Source: an archaeon (GTDB lineage: Archaea > Iainarchaeota > Iainarchaeia > Iainarchaeales > 0-14-0-20-34-12). From it: 44,480 nt of DNA. This document shows, piece by piece, positions 8,768-18,199 of this stretch. Position numbers and translations under genes: made by a program. Under the pieces are notes generated by a model. It was not told where the DNA came from, did no database searches, and saw only the letters and a list, made by a program, of their open reading frames with translations. How positions within the stretch are numbered: position 1 is the first letter of the stretch; each line of letters begins with the position of its first letter. The stretch is taken from positions 34,995-79,474 of the forward strand of contig JBBSVU010000002.1 in the NCBI GenBank assembly GCA_038046645.1, given 5' to 3'.

Positions 8768-9268
8768 ATGTTAAGGATAATTGAAAAATTTTTTGAAAAT
8801 GCGCGAGGCAGGAAAATTATTGCAACAGAATTCCTGCGCTTGGGCTTTAAGGTAGACCGCAAGGGAAGGGTATTTGCCAAGAATATAGAATTGCAGCCTG
8901 CAAAGATTGCCCGTGCTTTAAATGTTGACAGAAGGGTTGTAATTGAAACTGCAAAGGAAATAGCAGAGGATGAAAAGCTGCTCCAGATTTTTTATAGGCT
9001 AGAGCCAAGGGCTTTTTTGGGGAATGCTGCAAAGGAATTAGGGTTTGATGCAATTGAAATCAGGGCTAACCCAAAAAAGAAAGGGATTGTTTATGCTGTA
9101 ACAAAGATTCTTGCCGAGGAAGGCATTGTGATAAGGCAGATAATCACTGATGACCCAGATTTATTTCCCGACCCTGTGCTTACTATAATCATTGATGGCA
9201 AATTAAACAGCAAAGTGATAAAAAAGCTTAGGGAACTGGATTTTGCGGAAAGCATTTTGATAAAATAA
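8768..9268 (+). CDS. trpY: TrpY-family tryptophan-responsive regulator (HTH plus ACT domain)
   Basis: Divergent from trpE. IARALNVDRRVV HTH and G-I-x(10)-GI-x-IRQ...DP ACT pattern typical of archaeal TrpY. Likely leaderless start at ATG 8768, 23 nt after TTTAAA. Confidence 0.88.
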   Translation: MLRIIEKFFENARGRKIIATEFLRLGFKVDRKGRVFAKNIELQPAKIARALNVDRRVVIETAKEIAEDEKLLQIFYRLEPRAFLGNAAKELGFDAIEIRANPKKKGIVYAVTKILAEEGIVIRQIITDDPDLFPDPVLTIIIDGKLNSKVIKKLRELDFAESILIK

Positions 9269-9308
9269 TCCAAAAAAGATACTTCAGGCTAATTAAAAAT
9301 AATTTGGA

Positions 9309-10166
9309 TTATAAAAGATATCTCATCTTTGGCAGATTTATTATTGCAGAATATGGAATAGCCAGTGTCAAGCCAAGATATGTTAGGAAATCAAAAAAGT
9401 AGTCAATGTTTCCCGGGCTTCTGTGCACTAATTTTACGGCTCTTTTTCCTACAACCCTTTTTGGATACCTGTAATTTTCATCCATGTAATCCATTACATA
9501 ATCTTCAGATTTCTTCAAGCGGTCAACAGACCATGTCTGCAAAACATCTATTGGAATATAATTTTTTCTGAAAATATGCGTATTGCCTTTCTTCAATGCT
9601 TTTAAAACAGAATCAATATCTTTAGAAGCGCGGATTTCATTCAAACAATAACCCATCATGAATGCAGAATGCGCATCAGAACCGCAAACAGCATTAATGC
9701 TGTATTTCTCAGCAAAGCCCTTGGCAACAAAATTTGAAATCCTGTCTATATTCAGTGCATTGAAGGATTCCATTGCATTGCACAATTTCGCTTTTTCTTT
9801 TATGCCCTCATTTTTAATATCAAAGGGATGCGGAGCAATAGTTACTGCACCTAAACTTCTTGCCTTTTCAATTGTTTCTTCTGCTGATAATCCGGCAGGG
9901 ATTTTTTCCTCTATCCCCAAAACAAGGATATGGCCATCTGCGGATGAAACTTCAATTCCAGGAATAATTAAAACATTTGAATTTATCTGCTTTGCAAGTT
10001 TCACTGCTTTCAAAGAGGATTCTATTTCATCATGGTCTGTAATCGCTAATACTTCAATATTCAATTTTACTGCATGTTCAATTAATTGCGTCACGCTGCT
10101 TAACCCTTCATGGTGGATTATTTCCCCATGTGATTTATTACTATGGCAATGCAATTCAGCTAACAT
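9309..10166 (-). CDS. PHP-domain metal-dependent phosphoesterase
   Basis: ELHCHS, AITDHD, GIEVS...GH, APHPF and GSDAH motifs. Confidence 0.9.
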   Translation of the reverse strand: MLAELHCHSNKSHGEIIHHEGLSSVTQLIEHAVKLNIEVLAITDHDEIESSLKAVKLAKQINSNVLIIPGIEVSSADGHILVLGIEEKIPAGLSAEETIEKARSLGAVTIAPHPFDIKNEGIKEKAKLCNAMESFNALNIDRISNFVAKGFAEKYSINAVCGSDAHSAFMMGYCLNEIRASKDIDSVLKALKKGNTHIFRKNYIPIDVLQTWSVDRLKKSEDYVMDYMDENYRYPKRVVGKRAVKLVHRSPGNIDYFFDFLTYLGLTLAIPYSAIINLPKMRYLL

Positions 10167-10189
10167 TTTATCACTTTAATAAAATAGTA

Positions 10190-11488
10190 TTATCTGCCCC
10201 TTTTATTAACAATATGCTCGATAATTATGCCTGCTATAATAAGAATTATGCCATAAGGAATAAGATCAGCCATACTTAAAAGCAAAGCTATTGAGAATAA
10301 AAGCCCAAGCAATGCAGGCAATGGGAATTTTCCTATGTTAAGAGGCATCTTAAATGGCGGGTGTTCGTTTTCAGTATATCTTAAAACAATTGCAGCGCCG
10401 TTTACCAGAATAAATGAGCAGAATACCATAAAATTAGTCAGATTAGCGACTGTTTCAATATTCCCGACAAAAACAAACAGCAAAGAAAATACAGCCACAA
10501 GGATAGTTGCAATAATTGGGGTGTGTGTAACAGGATTTATAAAAGAAAGGCTTATTGGCAATGACCTTAATTCAGCCATCCCATATACTATTCTTGATGT
10601 TGTAAGCATTACAAACAAAACAGTATTTGCAGTTGCAAATAAAGCAATAACTGCAAGTATTAAGAAGATATTATTGCCTAAAACACTGCCTATGGCATCT
10701 GCTAATGGCGCGTCAGATGCTGCTAATGCTTGTGGCGGCATTAAAGAAACAGCTGCTATTGCAACCAATATATACACAATTGCACTTACTGCAATTGCAA
10801 TAAGAATTCCTTGAGGTATATTCTTAGTTGCACTTTTTGTCTCTTCAGACAATCTAACCATGCTGCCAAACCCTATGTATGCAAAGAAGACTAAAGCAGC
10901 AGCCTGCCACACACTAATAAATGAGGGTATCTCCATAAGGTTTGCAATATTCATCCTTGGAAGGCCAAAGAATAAAATGATTGCTAAACCCAGGAGTTCT
11001 ATTATTGTGCAAACAATCCCGATAAGGACAGATTCTTTTAAGTCATATAAAATAAGGATTGTGCTTGCAAAGATAATCAGGATTGCGCCAAAAATAATGC
11101 CTAAACCGGTTATGCTTGCAAGATAGCCGCCAAAACCTAAAGCAACAGCTGCTGCTGATATTATTCCTTCCAGAATTATCAGCCAGCCTATTACAAAAGC
11201 AAGCGTTTTGTTGAATGCATGTTTTACATAAACATATTCTCCCCCTGCTTTAGGAAATCTTGATGCTAGCTCAGCATAGCTTAAACCAGTAAATGCAGCA
11301 AGAAAAGCGCCAATCATGAAGGAAAGCCAGATTCCATATCCTGCTAAACCAGCAGCTTTCCCAAGAAGAACATAAATGCCTGCACCAAGAATAATTCCTA
11401 TGCCTGAAAGTGTAATCTCCCATAAGCCTAATGTTTTCTTTAATTTTCCTTCTTCCTGCTTTTTATGGAATGCGAATTTTTTTGGCAT
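10190..11488 (-). CDS. APC-family amino acid permease
   Basis: About 12 hydrophobic segments with IILGAGIY, YAEL..RFPKAGGEY and FFAYIGF...SEE motifs. Start ATG 11488 or TTG 11497. Confidence 0.92.
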   Translation of the reverse strand: MPKKFAFHKKQEEGKLKKTLGLWEITLSGIGIILGAGIYVLLGKAAGLAGYGIWLSFMIGAFLAAFTGLSYAELASRFPKAGGEYVYVKHAFNKTLAFVIGWLIILEGIISAAAVALGFGGYLASITGLGIIFGAILIIFASTILILYDLKESVLIGIVCTIIELLGLAIILFFGLPRMNIANLMEIPSFISVWQAAALVFFAYIGFGSMVRLSEETKSATKNIPQGILIAIAVSAIVYILVAIAAVSLMPPQALAASDAPLADAIGSVLGNNIFLILAVIALFATANTVLFVMLTTSRIVYGMAELRSLPISLSFINPVTHTPIIATILVAVFSLLFVFVGNIETVANLTNFMVFCSFILVNGAAIVLRYTENEHPPFKMPLNIGKFPLPALLGLLFSIALLLSMADLIPYGIILIIAGIIIEHIVNKRGR

Positions 11489-11591
11489 TTTAATCAATCA
11501 AATTGAACCATTCAATTATACAAATACGGATTTGGAATTTAAAAAGATTGTGATTGGAAAAATCACCAAAATAAAAGTAGATTAGCGATTA

Positions 11592-11921
11592 TCAAACTTC
11601 AACTCTTAATCTGTGCCTATTTTCAGGCATTATTTTTATTTTCATGCCTTTCTTAAGTTTATAAAATTGTGCAATATCTGCAGGAATTGTTATTGCAAGG
11701 CTTCTTCCAGCATTTATTATCGGCCTTTGAAAGACAAAATTTTGGTTAATTTGTTCAGACAATAAATGCATCTGCTCACTTGTTGAAAATTCCTCTTCAC
11801 ATTTTTTGCATTTGTAATAAGGGCTATCTTTAATTATAATTTTGCCATTATCAAGCAATAATTCTTCAAACTTAAGCTCTGCTGTGCCTTTGCATAAATG
11901 GCAATTTATTTCTTTTTCCAT
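11592..11921 (-). CDS. Putative antitoxin: YgiT/MqsA-type zinc finger fused to an AbrB/MazE-type DNA-binding domain
   Basis: CHLC...CKKCEEEF zinc ribbon followed by GRSLAITIPADIAQFYKLKKG (AbrB signature). Confidence 0.8.
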   Translation of the reverse strand: MEKEINCHLCKGTAELKFEELLLDNGKIIIKDSPYYKCKKCEEEFSTSEQMHLLSEQINQNFVFQRPIINAGRSLAITIPADIAQFYKLKKGMKIKIMPENRHRLRVEV

Positions 11922-12166
11922 AATTCTGCCTCTTTTTCATTAGATTCCCATAAAGTTAGGACATGGATAAAACTTTCTTTTTCTATCTTAATGGCAGTTA
12001 AAAAAGAATTGCCTACTTTAAAGATAGTTTTTATTTTATTCATCTCCTCTTTTAGTTTAATTTTCTGTTTTTTCACTTCAAGCTCTATCTCGGCATAATT
12101 TATGCCTAATCTAGCAGCCCTTTCTGCAAACATTTGCTTAGCATGATGGCTCCAAAAGACATCCAT
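11906..12166 (-). CDS. Putative RelE-fold (DUF4258/BrnT-like) toxin
   Basis: 86 aa with N-terminal WSHHAKQMFAER and C-terminal HVLTLW. Overlaps the downstream zinc-finger gene. TTTAAAA element about 23 nt upstream suggests a leaderless transcript. Confidence 0.6.
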   Translation of the reverse strand: MDVFWSHHAKQMFAERAARLGINYAEIELEVKKQKIKLKEEMNKIKTIFKVGNSFLTAIKIEKESFIHVLTLWESNEKEAELWKKK

Positions 12167-12260
12167 ACTATTATTATCAACAGTTGCATTTTAAATAATA
12201 TCTTTTTATAACAAGGTAATACCAAATAAACTTGAGGGTTGATTCTAGCAGCACTATGAA

Positions 12261-12752
12261 TTATACTTTTCTTCGCATTTCAAGCCTGTAATCCATAAAT
12301 CCGTATTTTTTATATATTGAATATGCATGTTTATTTGCTGCATATAAAGGTATGGCAGCAACTTTCAATTTCTTTTGCTTAAACCAGCCAATTGCTTTAT
12401 TCATTAACTCAGAGCTTATTCCCTTATGCCTGAACTGCTCTTTCACATACAAATCGCTAACATACCCTACTTTTTTATTTTCATAAATTGGGATTTCATC
12501 CTTGATAAACACTAGGATATAACCTACAAGCGCCTTATCTGCCTCAGCAATAAAAACCGTGCCTTTTTTGGATTCAAAATTCAACCTTAAAAATTTTTCA
12601 TATATCGGCCCCATACCCTTTTCTTTAATCTCAAAATCTTTTAATTTAGGGTCTGCATCAATAATAATTTTATCGTGCTCAGCCATGAATTCTACCCACA
12701 AATCAACTATTTTGGGCACATAAGATATATCAGCTTCTTTTATTACAATCAT
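12261..12752 (-). CDS. GNAT-family N-acetyltransferase
   Basis: LYVKEQFRHKGIS acetyl-CoA motif A and N..AYSIYKKYGF. Confidence 0.92.
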   Translation of the reverse strand: MIVIKEADISYVPKIVDLWVEFMAEHDKIIIDADPKLKDFEIKEKGMGPIYEKFLRLNFESKKGTVFIAEADKALVGYILVFIKDEIPIYENKKVGYVSDLYVKEQFRHKGISSELMNKAIGWFKQKKLKVAAIPLYAANKHAYSIYKKYGFMDYRLEMRRKV

Positions 12753-13198
12753 TTTATCAACAACTTCAAGTCTTCCAGATGCTCTTTCAAAATTTTATTG
12801 TGATCGAACTGCATTTTTGGGATTTTATTAAGTTTACATATAAATGCTTTTTTAGCATCATCGCCTGCTTTTAACCTGCCCGAGGTTTTTGCCAGAAATG
12901 CTACACTTATGCTGTGAAATCTTTTATCCCGTTTAGGGTCAGAATAAACGCCAAGCTGTTTTATCAGCTTGACCTTTAATCCGAGCTCTTCCTCCGCTTC
13001 CCGCACAGCAGCATGTTCTGCAGTTTCACCATATTCCACAAAACCGCCGGGAAATGCAATTCCTTTTGGAATAAATTTTCTTTCAACAAGAACAATGCCA
13101 TTAAATTTTCCTTTTGTAAAATGCATTACTAAAAGATCCACGGCAAAAAATGGCCTTTTGAAGGACCACCAAGCAGGCAACTTATTAATATCAGGCAT
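12749..13198 (-). CDS. NUDIX hydrolase (ADP-ribose pyrophosphatase-like)
   Basis: Nudix box PGGFVEYGETAEHAAVREAEEELG plus YSDPKRD, AGDDA and FDH. Confidence 0.93.
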   Translation of the reverse strand: MPDINKLPAWWSFKRPFFAVDLLVMHFTKGKFNGIVLVERKFIPKGIAFPGGFVEYGETAEHAAVREAEEELGLKVKLIKQLGVYSDPKRDKRFHSISVAFLAKTSGRLKAGDDAKKAFICKLNKIPKMQFDHNKILKEHLEDLKLLIK

Positions 13199-13271
13199 TT
13201 TCTCACTTAAAAAACAAAAATTATTTTCACAAATTACTTTTTAAAAATTATTTTTCACGGATTTTTTTAAA

Positions 13272-14459
13272 TCATTTTTTATTAAGGAATGAAAAGGTTA
13301 GTTCCTTGCTGCGCTCAACTGCTGGTTGGTCAAACGGATTAACATTGCGGAGCAGAGCTGAGTAATACGCAAAATAATGCAAAAAAGCAATGAATTCTGC
13401 TACACTTTCTGTTGAGATTTCATCAAAATCAGAAACAACAAAAGGAATTTTATCTTCCTTGGCAGTATTTTTCACCCCTAGGTAGAAATATTGCATAAGT
13501 TTTGTATAACTTTTATTCTGAAGATTGGAAATTGTCATATTTCTTATTTTAATATCTGCTATCTCTTTTGGAATATCAGTTTTTATTTCATCAGAATTTC
13601 TCTCGAGCACAAAAGGCCATAAAATTAAATTTTTTCTCCCGCCAAAAATCCTCTGGTTTGTGTGGTGCTGTGATTCCGGAGCAATATCGCCATGCAAACT
13701 CTGCCCTATTCCATTTTTTCCGTATGTTTCATGCACTAATTGCCTTGCAAGCGGTAAAAAACCTGTCAGATTATAAGAATAAATAGGGCAGAAAATCTCA
13801 GTAAAACCTTTTTGCTCCAAGTCATAAAAATATGCAGCTACTTTTAAGGCGTCATTTTTATCAATCGATTTACTTGGAGAATAATTGAAATATGCTTCCT
13901 CAGCAGACCTCTGTAACTCAAGAATGTCCATCTCACAAAACATTGCCGGTGCAAGTGCTGAAGCAGTAAATGCAGAAAATCTTCCGCCAATGTTTGCGTG
14001 TTCAATTACTGGAAAATCCTTTTTTTTGCACAGCTGGTGCAGAGGATTATTGTTTAATGAAGTAATTCCGATGGTTGAATAATCCAAGAAAGGCAATAAG
14101 CAGGCAAATGTTTCAAGCGTTTCTCCAGATTTCGAAATAGCCATTATTAAAGTATCATCTTCTGAAAAGGTTTCTTTTAATTGTGCAATGTAATTTGGGT
14201 CAGGCGTATTCAATATGGCAACTTTTTTTGGTGTTCCCAAATTGAATAAATAAGCATTGAAACTTGTGATAGATCCGCCATTCCCAATTATAATCAGATT
14301 TTCAAAATCAGCAAATTCTTCGACTGTTTCTCCGATCATTGATAAATTTTCTTTGTGCTGGGCAAAAGCCGGGATTTTTTTGTCCAATGAAGCAGCTTTT
14401 TCTCCTGTTTTTTCTGAAATTCTGAAATCATCATTAAATTCAAATTTTATTTTTGCCAT
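13272..14459 (-). CDS. pgi: Glucose-6-phosphate isomerase (SIS-type PGI family)
   Basis: GNGGS, ISKSGETLET, IGGRFS, ETYGK and NPFDQPAVE motifs. Confidence 0.82.
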   Translation of the reverse strand: MAKIKFEFNDDFRISEKTGEKAASLDKKIPAFAQHKENLSMIGETVEEFADFENLIIIGNGGSITSFNAYLFNLGTPKKVAILNTPDPNYIAQLKETFSEDDTLIMAISKSGETLETFACLLPFLDYSTIGITSLNNNPLHQLCKKKDFPVIEHANIGGRFSAFTASALAPAMFCEMDILELQRSAEEAYFNYSPSKSIDKNDALKVAAYFYDLEQKGFTEIFCPIYSYNLTGFLPLARQLVHETYGKNGIGQSLHGDIAPESQHHTNQRIFGGRKNLILWPFVLERNSDEIKTDIPKEIADIKIRNMTISNLQNKSYTKLMQYFYLGVKNTAKEDKIPFVVSDFDEISTESVAEFIAFLHYFAYYSALLRNVNPFDQPAVERSKELTFSFLNKK

Positions 14460-14490
14460 AAATATCATTCAAATTAAACTTTATTTTGGT

Positions 14491-14838
14491 TTAGCATCTT
14501 TTGTATTTGTCCTCATGCCTTACAATGTCATTTTCATCAAAAGTTCCGAAAGAAATTTCAAGCACGCGCGCAGTTTTTTTTGCAATCAAGCGATGTTTTT
14601 CCCCTTTTTTGATATAAACAAGCGAGCCTTTTTTAAATCTCTTTTTTACCTTGCCAATCTGCACAATCAGACCATCATCAAGTGCAAACCATAGCTCATT
14701 TCTCTTTTTGTGGCTTTGCAAACTTAATTGTTCTTCTGCCCGTACTAATAAAATCTTAACAGTAGATTTTTCATTCATGGTAAATTGCTCAAAAAAGCCC
14801 CAAGGCCTATTGTCAATAAAATGGTTTTTGATATTCAT
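14491..14838 (-). CDS. Cupin-type mannose-6-phosphate isomerase domain protein
   Basis: RPWG, LSLQSH..R.E.W, KHRL and EISFG.FDENDIVR.ED.Y, matching the type II PMI C-terminal domain. Confidence 0.88.
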   Translation of the reverse strand: MNIKNHFIDNRPWGFFEQFTMNEKSTVKILLVRAEEQLSLQSHKKRNELWFALDDGLIVQIGKVKKRFKKGSLVYIKKGEKHRLIAKKTARVLEISFGTFDENDIVRHEDKYKRC

Positions 14839-14866
14839 AAAAATCAAACATGGTTTTTTAATTATT

Positions 14867-16741
14867 CTAAATTTTTGAAAGCTCTTTCTTTAATGCAGCA
14901 TTTACTTCGGTTCCTGAAGTCTTGCCCTTCATTTCCTTCATTATCTGCCCCATCAAGGTTGATTCGGCATATGCGCCTTTTTCCTTTATTAATTGCCTGT
15001 TCTTTTCAATTATTGATTTTACTGCCTTTTCAAGCTCTGAAGAATCTGTTTTCTTGATGTTTAATTCGTTAAGCACTTCATCAATTGTGTGCTTTGGCTT
15101 GCTGACCCATGTTTTTATCACATCTTCAACAACATCCTTTGCAATGCGCCCTTTTTTGTTATACTCTAAAATTGTTTCAATTTTTTCTTCGCTAAGCTTA
15201 TTCGCGTTAAATCCTTCCCTTTCTACTGTTGTGAACATTTCAAGCAACAGAACTGCTGCAAATGTTGCGTCATAGCCTTTTGCAAGCATCTTCTCAAAGA
15301 AGATAGCATAATTGTCAAGCTTCATTTTGTCTATAAGTTTTTGGTTTAGCCCATGCTTTGCATAAAGCTTCTGCCGTTCTTCAACTGTCAATGGTATTTT
15401 TTTCAGCAGTTCTTTCAGATAAGCATCATTTGCAGAAACACTTTCATGGTCTGTTTCAGGATACATCCTCCCAGCGCCTGGGAGAGGCCTTAAATAAGAA
15501 GATGAACCGCTTTCATTTATGTTCCTTGTTTCCCCTGGAACCTTCAACAATGCTGTTTTGCATCTTTCAATTATGGTTTTTATTGCTTCCTCTGCCTTTT
15601 GCATTTCCTCACACACAAGCACAAAGCCGTCATCCTTATTGCAATTTAACAAGGAAGAAATTCTTGATTTTTCTTCCTGTGTCAAGCCATAATTAGGCAA
15701 TTCATCTGAATGGAATAATCCATTTACCTTGTTTCTCATTTTTATGTAATCTGATAATTCTGTCCCAAAGCGCCTTCCTTTCTGGATTTCCTTACCAAGC
15801 AATCCAGAAAAGCCATTTAACTTTAAAGCAAGGACTTTTGATTTTCTCTCCAAGCCTTTTTTTATCAAATTGCAATTAGTTTGGAAAAATTCTTTGGTAA
15901 CATCAATAGATTTTTCATCCAAATCCTTTTCAGAAATATTCCTTCTTTTTAATTCTTCCTTGATCAATATGAGATTTTCCTGCCTTTTTATTTCCTGAAT
16001 TGCGCATTCTTCCATTAACTCAATATCTTGTACTCCCTTTAATTCAACCCTTGCCCCACCTTCAATACTTATGTTAACATCCTGCCTTATTGAACCAAGG
16101 CCTCTTTTTGCTTTGCAGGTTCTCCTGAAAATTTCGCCAATCTTCATTGCGCAATCCTTTATTTCTTTCGGGCTTGTTAAAACAGGCTCTGTAGCTAATT
16201 CAATTAATGGAACCCCTAACCTGTGCAATGAATACCCTATTTTTTCAGGTGTTTTTTCAAGAGGTGTGCAAGCATCCTCTTCAAGAACTATTGTTTGGAT
16301 TCCTACGTTTTTATTATTTACCTTAATATTTCCTCCTGTGGATATTAGCATTGTCCTCTGAAATCCAGAAGTATTTGAACCATCTAGCACAATCTTTCGC
16401 ATCACAAAGAATTCATCCAAGATATTGGAATTGCTCATTAGTGAAACAAGTAAAATAGTGTCCAAAGCTTCTTGATTTATCGGCCGTATTGGTTCTTCGT
16501 CTGCTTCAATTAAACAAGAGCAATTATCATAAGCGGAATATTCATACAAATAATCTCTTTTGAATGCCTCTAATGCTGCAGGATCAATCTTTTCAAGTTC
16601 TGATGCTGTTAATCTTAATTTTCGTGTGAATTTATGGATATGATGTTCAGGTTCTTCAATTGGGCATCGGCAAAACAGCTTGCCTACATCTAATTGCTGG
16701 TGGCATTCTAATCCTGCTTTTATTATGGGCAAATTATCCAA
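14867..16741 (-). CDS. gatE: Glu-tRNA(Gln) amidotransferase subunit E
   Basis: GLECHQQL...KLFC.CP, DGSNTSGFQRT, RGLGSIRQDVNISI, ELKGVQ and RPLPGAGRMYPETD motifs. Archaea-specific. TTG start. Confidence 0.97.
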   Translation of the reverse strand: MDNLPIIKAGLECHQQLDVGKLFCRCPIEEPEHHIHKFTRKLRLTASELEKIDPAALEAFKRDYLYEYSAYDNCSCLIEADEEPIRPINQEALDTILLVSLMSNSNILDEFFVMRKIVLDGSNTSGFQRTMLISTGGNIKVNNKNVGIQTIVLEEDACTPLEKTPEKIGYSLHRLGVPLIELATEPVLTSPKEIKDCAMKIGEIFRRTCKAKRGLGSIRQDVNISIEGGARVELKGVQDIELMEECAIQEIKRQENLILIKEELKRRNISEKDLDEKSIDVTKEFFQTNCNLIKKGLERKSKVLALKLNGFSGLLGKEIQKGRRFGTELSDYIKMRNKVNGLFHSDELPNYGLTQEEKSRISSLLNCNKDDGFVLVCEEMQKAEEAIKTIIERCKTALLKVPGETRNINESGSSSYLRPLPGAGRMYPETDHESVSANDAYLKELLKKIPLTVEERQKLYAKHGLNQKLIDKMKLDNYAIFFEKMLAKGYDATFAAVLLLEMFTTVEREGFNANKLSEEKIETILEYNKKGRIAKDVVEDVIKTWVSKPKHTIDEVLNELNIKKTDSSELEKAVKSIIEKNRQLIKEKGAYAESTLMGQIMKEMKGKTSGTEVNAALKKELSKI

Positions 16742-16834
16742 AAAATCACCTAATTGGCTGTTTTATTATTAAATAATAAAATATTATATATTTAAGGTAT
16801 ATAGTTCAAACATATTTAGGATATAGGTACTTAA

Positions 16835-18079
16835 ATGCCGAGAACACCATCAAAGGGAAGATTTAGGCCAAGAAATCCCGCCATGCAGGAGAGAACAATG
16901 GACGTTAGAGAAGCATGGGCAAGGGAGGCTGCAGGGCAGAGAATTCCTAGGGGCGCGTTACTAACTAATTTTCCTTTAATGCCTAATGTATCCCTTACAA
17001 AGATACAAATTACCTTTAATCCAGACGGTTCGGTTGATGTCCCAAGATATGAGGAAACAGAAAAAGGAGGATTAAAGGTTAAAAGAAGGGTCAGAGTAAA
17101 GGATGTTTCTGCATCAGTAAGGCAGGCATGGCATCAGGTAAAAAGCATTGAGGCTGAAATGAAACGATTAGATTCTGTTTATGCTAGGGTTCAGGGTGTG
17201 CATGAAGCTGTTTATAATAATTGGGCCAAATATAATGGTGCCCAAAAAGCTGCTGTTTTGGAGTTTGTTGAAAAGACTGCGAAAATGTTAGAGCCAAGAA
17301 GGAAACCCTCTGAAAGGCATAAGAGAAAAGCTATTGCAAGGTTAAGGTTGGCAAAAGATTTTTTAAAAACTGAAAATCCTAATGCAGCAATTGTTGTTAT
17401 GGTTGGTGCTGCAAATGACTTGGTTGCAAGAAAAAACATTTTAATAAAACAAAAACCTTTCCTGGAACGCAGGGCTAGAAGCATTCAAAGGGAAAAATCA
17501 AAAGAGGATAAAACATTATATGGCGTTCTTGACCGCATATTTAAGATTGATGCAGCATTAACCGGCCCAAGGCCTGCTGATGTTGCAGAACAAGGAAGAA
17601 TTGCTGCAGAATTAAGGACTTTTGCCAAAACCTTGGGTGAAAGAAGTGAAAGGGAATTAAAAAAATGTGCTGCCCTAGTAAGGTCTGCTGCATCTATTCT
17701 TGATGCTGGCAGGGTTAGGGGTTACTTGCCGAAAATCAGGTTAGCAAGAAAGGTTATTGTTGAAACTGCTTCAAAATCAAGCATACTTTACCCAGATAAA
17801 TTAGAATGGTTGGGAAGGCACACAGATTTAATATTTAGAAAACATGTTGTACGAAATCAGCTAAGGTTTTTTGCAGATAATGCCGAATATTGGTTGGGGA
17901 AAGCTAGGCCAGAGCAAGTGCCAAGAATGAAGCAATATTTGGTAAATCTTGCAAATGTCCTTGCGGGTGCAAGGGTTAATTCGCAGCAAGGAATGATTAT
18001 TCAGGCATCATCTTTATTCGGTCAGAAAAAAATTGCCGAATGTGCCGATTTGTTAGAACAGGCTGCAGAAAAATTGTAA
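16835..18079 (+). CDS. Hypothetical Arg/Lys-rich, mostly helical protein
   Basis: 414-aa ORF with its own TATA-like upstream region. No family motif recognised. Confidence 0.8.
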   Translation: MPRTPSKGRFRPRNPAMQERTMDVREAWAREAAGQRIPRGALLTNFPLMPNVSLTKIQITFNPDGSVDVPRYEETEKGGLKVKRRVRVKDVSASVRQAWHQVKSIEAEMKRLDSVYARVQGVHEAVYNNWAKYNGAQKAAVLEFVEKTAKMLEPRRKPSERHKRKAIARLRLAKDFLKTENPNAAIVVMVGAANDLVARKNILIKQKPFLERRARSIQREKSKEDKTLYGVLDRIFKIDAALTGPRPADVAEQGRIAAELRTFAKTLGERSERELKKCAALVRSAASILDAGRVRGYLPKIRLARKVIVETASKSSILYPDKLEWLGRHTDLIFRKHVVRNQLRFFADNAEYWLGKARPEQVPRMKQYLVNLANVLAGARVNSQQGMIIQASSLFGQKKIAECADLLEQAAEKL

Positions 18080-18199
18080 CCCGGTTAAAGCCCCATAGTT
18101 TTACATAAAAATAAACCCCAAAATTGCTTTTTGCTTTCTGCTTATTTTAAAATAATTTCTGAAACAAACATAAGTATTGCTAAAGGGAGTTGGTAAAAA

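Noticed and set aside
9309..10166. PHP gene next to the trp operon as a TrpH/YciV analogue or TrpF substitute
   Set aside because: A generic archaeal PHP protein in a separate transcription unit with no paired TRP box. No sequence evidence for a role in Trp synthesis.
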